DNA from: Asterias rubens
Taxonomy: Eukaryota
Length of the DNA: 64,000 nt
NCBI RefSeq assembly: GCF_902459465.1
Contig: NC_047064.1
Span: 2,480,001 to 2,544,000 of the forward strand
Reading direction: 5' to 3'
Positions within the stretch are counted from its first letter, which is position 1; each line of letters begins with the position of its first letter. Position numbers and translations under genes: made by a program. The notes under the pieces were generated by a model. The model was not told where the DNA came from, did not search any database, and saw nothing but the letters and a program-made list of their open reading frames with translations. Of this stretch, positions 63,189-64,000 are shown one piece after another.

Positions 63189-64000
63189 GTTTCTTATCTT
63201 ATCTTATCATAATTTGTATTGAAAAATCCTGAGTTATCATTTTTGTATGTATTTCTGTGAGACCTTCAGGCTTGCGCGCCGCACGTCCTCTTACTTGAAA
63301 CTTTTCATACTAAAAGTTTCAAATAGAAGCACCCTCCGTTTGTTGTCATCGGCAAATATCTTGGCAACTCAAGACCCAGCTGTCAGAAACGAAGTTGCAT
63401 TATTGAGCTTCCAGTATGCAAAATTGCAATAGAAACTTCCCAGAAAAGTAGAACTTTCTTTAACTTGCATCTAAGCATGAAGAAGAAACTCTAGAATCTA
63501 GGTAGAATCGTGTAAGTGCTCTATTTGATATTTGTCTCACTCCAATGTAGTCTCTCAACAAACAGAGTTCGGTTGTTATCATAGCAACCATCTATGTACC
63601 CAATCCAGATCTCGACTCTACGGGATTCAAAATAAACAGCAAATTGCTTATCCGTTCGTGGGGAATTTTTGAAACAAACACCGTCTCCGCAATCTCCTTG
63701 AGTAGTTTAGTGTTGACTCGGATAAACCCAATCACGTTTCTGAGTTGTTGTCACATGGAAGTGAGGGATTTAACGTAATAAGGTTGAATTTGACAAATAT
63801 ACCTAGTTCGTTTTCTTGTTGAGAGATCTCGGAAGTGGTAAACAAAATAAACTGTACTCGGATTCCGGACGTGCTGCAGAACTAAGAAATTACTAGATGC
63901 CTGAGGCTAAACCGCCAGTCAGTGAAGCTGGCTACAATTAATCAAAAATCTTACTTTCGGGTTCTTTTTTCTTTGAAGATTCATCTTTCAATTTGTACCA

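Noticed and set aside
63240-64000. Start or end of a neighbouring gene
   Set aside because: Short ORFs in all frames checked and no recognisable exon; only a mild CpG increase.

Overview
Animal (eukaryotic) genomic DNA, AT-rich and visibly CpG-poor. By repeat style it resembles a marine deuterostome such as a sea star, but that is an inference I cannot verify. The only host gene I can support is the 3' part of ILF2/NF45 on the + strand: six GT-AG coding exons (4224-4406, 5438-5516, 9987-10074, 16368-16544, 29617-29704, 61811-61962) that splice in frame to a stop. Its introns lengthen from 1.0 to 32.1 kb. The introns hold many transposon relics: TTAA-flanked Kolobok-like MITEs, PHIS/Harbinger-like MITEs, tRNA-derived SINE-like repeats, and RTE, L2/CR1 and R4/Dong LINE fragments, plus minisatellites that grew inside TE copies. 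Most notable: (1) at least 23 TACATGTA octamers plus TACCGGTA/TAGGCCTA, several shown by in-window comparison to be +6-bp insertions at TA, as expected for Tc1/mariner excision footprints; (2) two repeat families with an internal tRNA-like promoter whose copies are circularly permuted or terminally redundant; (3) an R4/Dong element with an uninterrupted ORF, embedded in (TAA)n. All counts and alignments were made by eye; no CRISPR or prokaryotic system is present.
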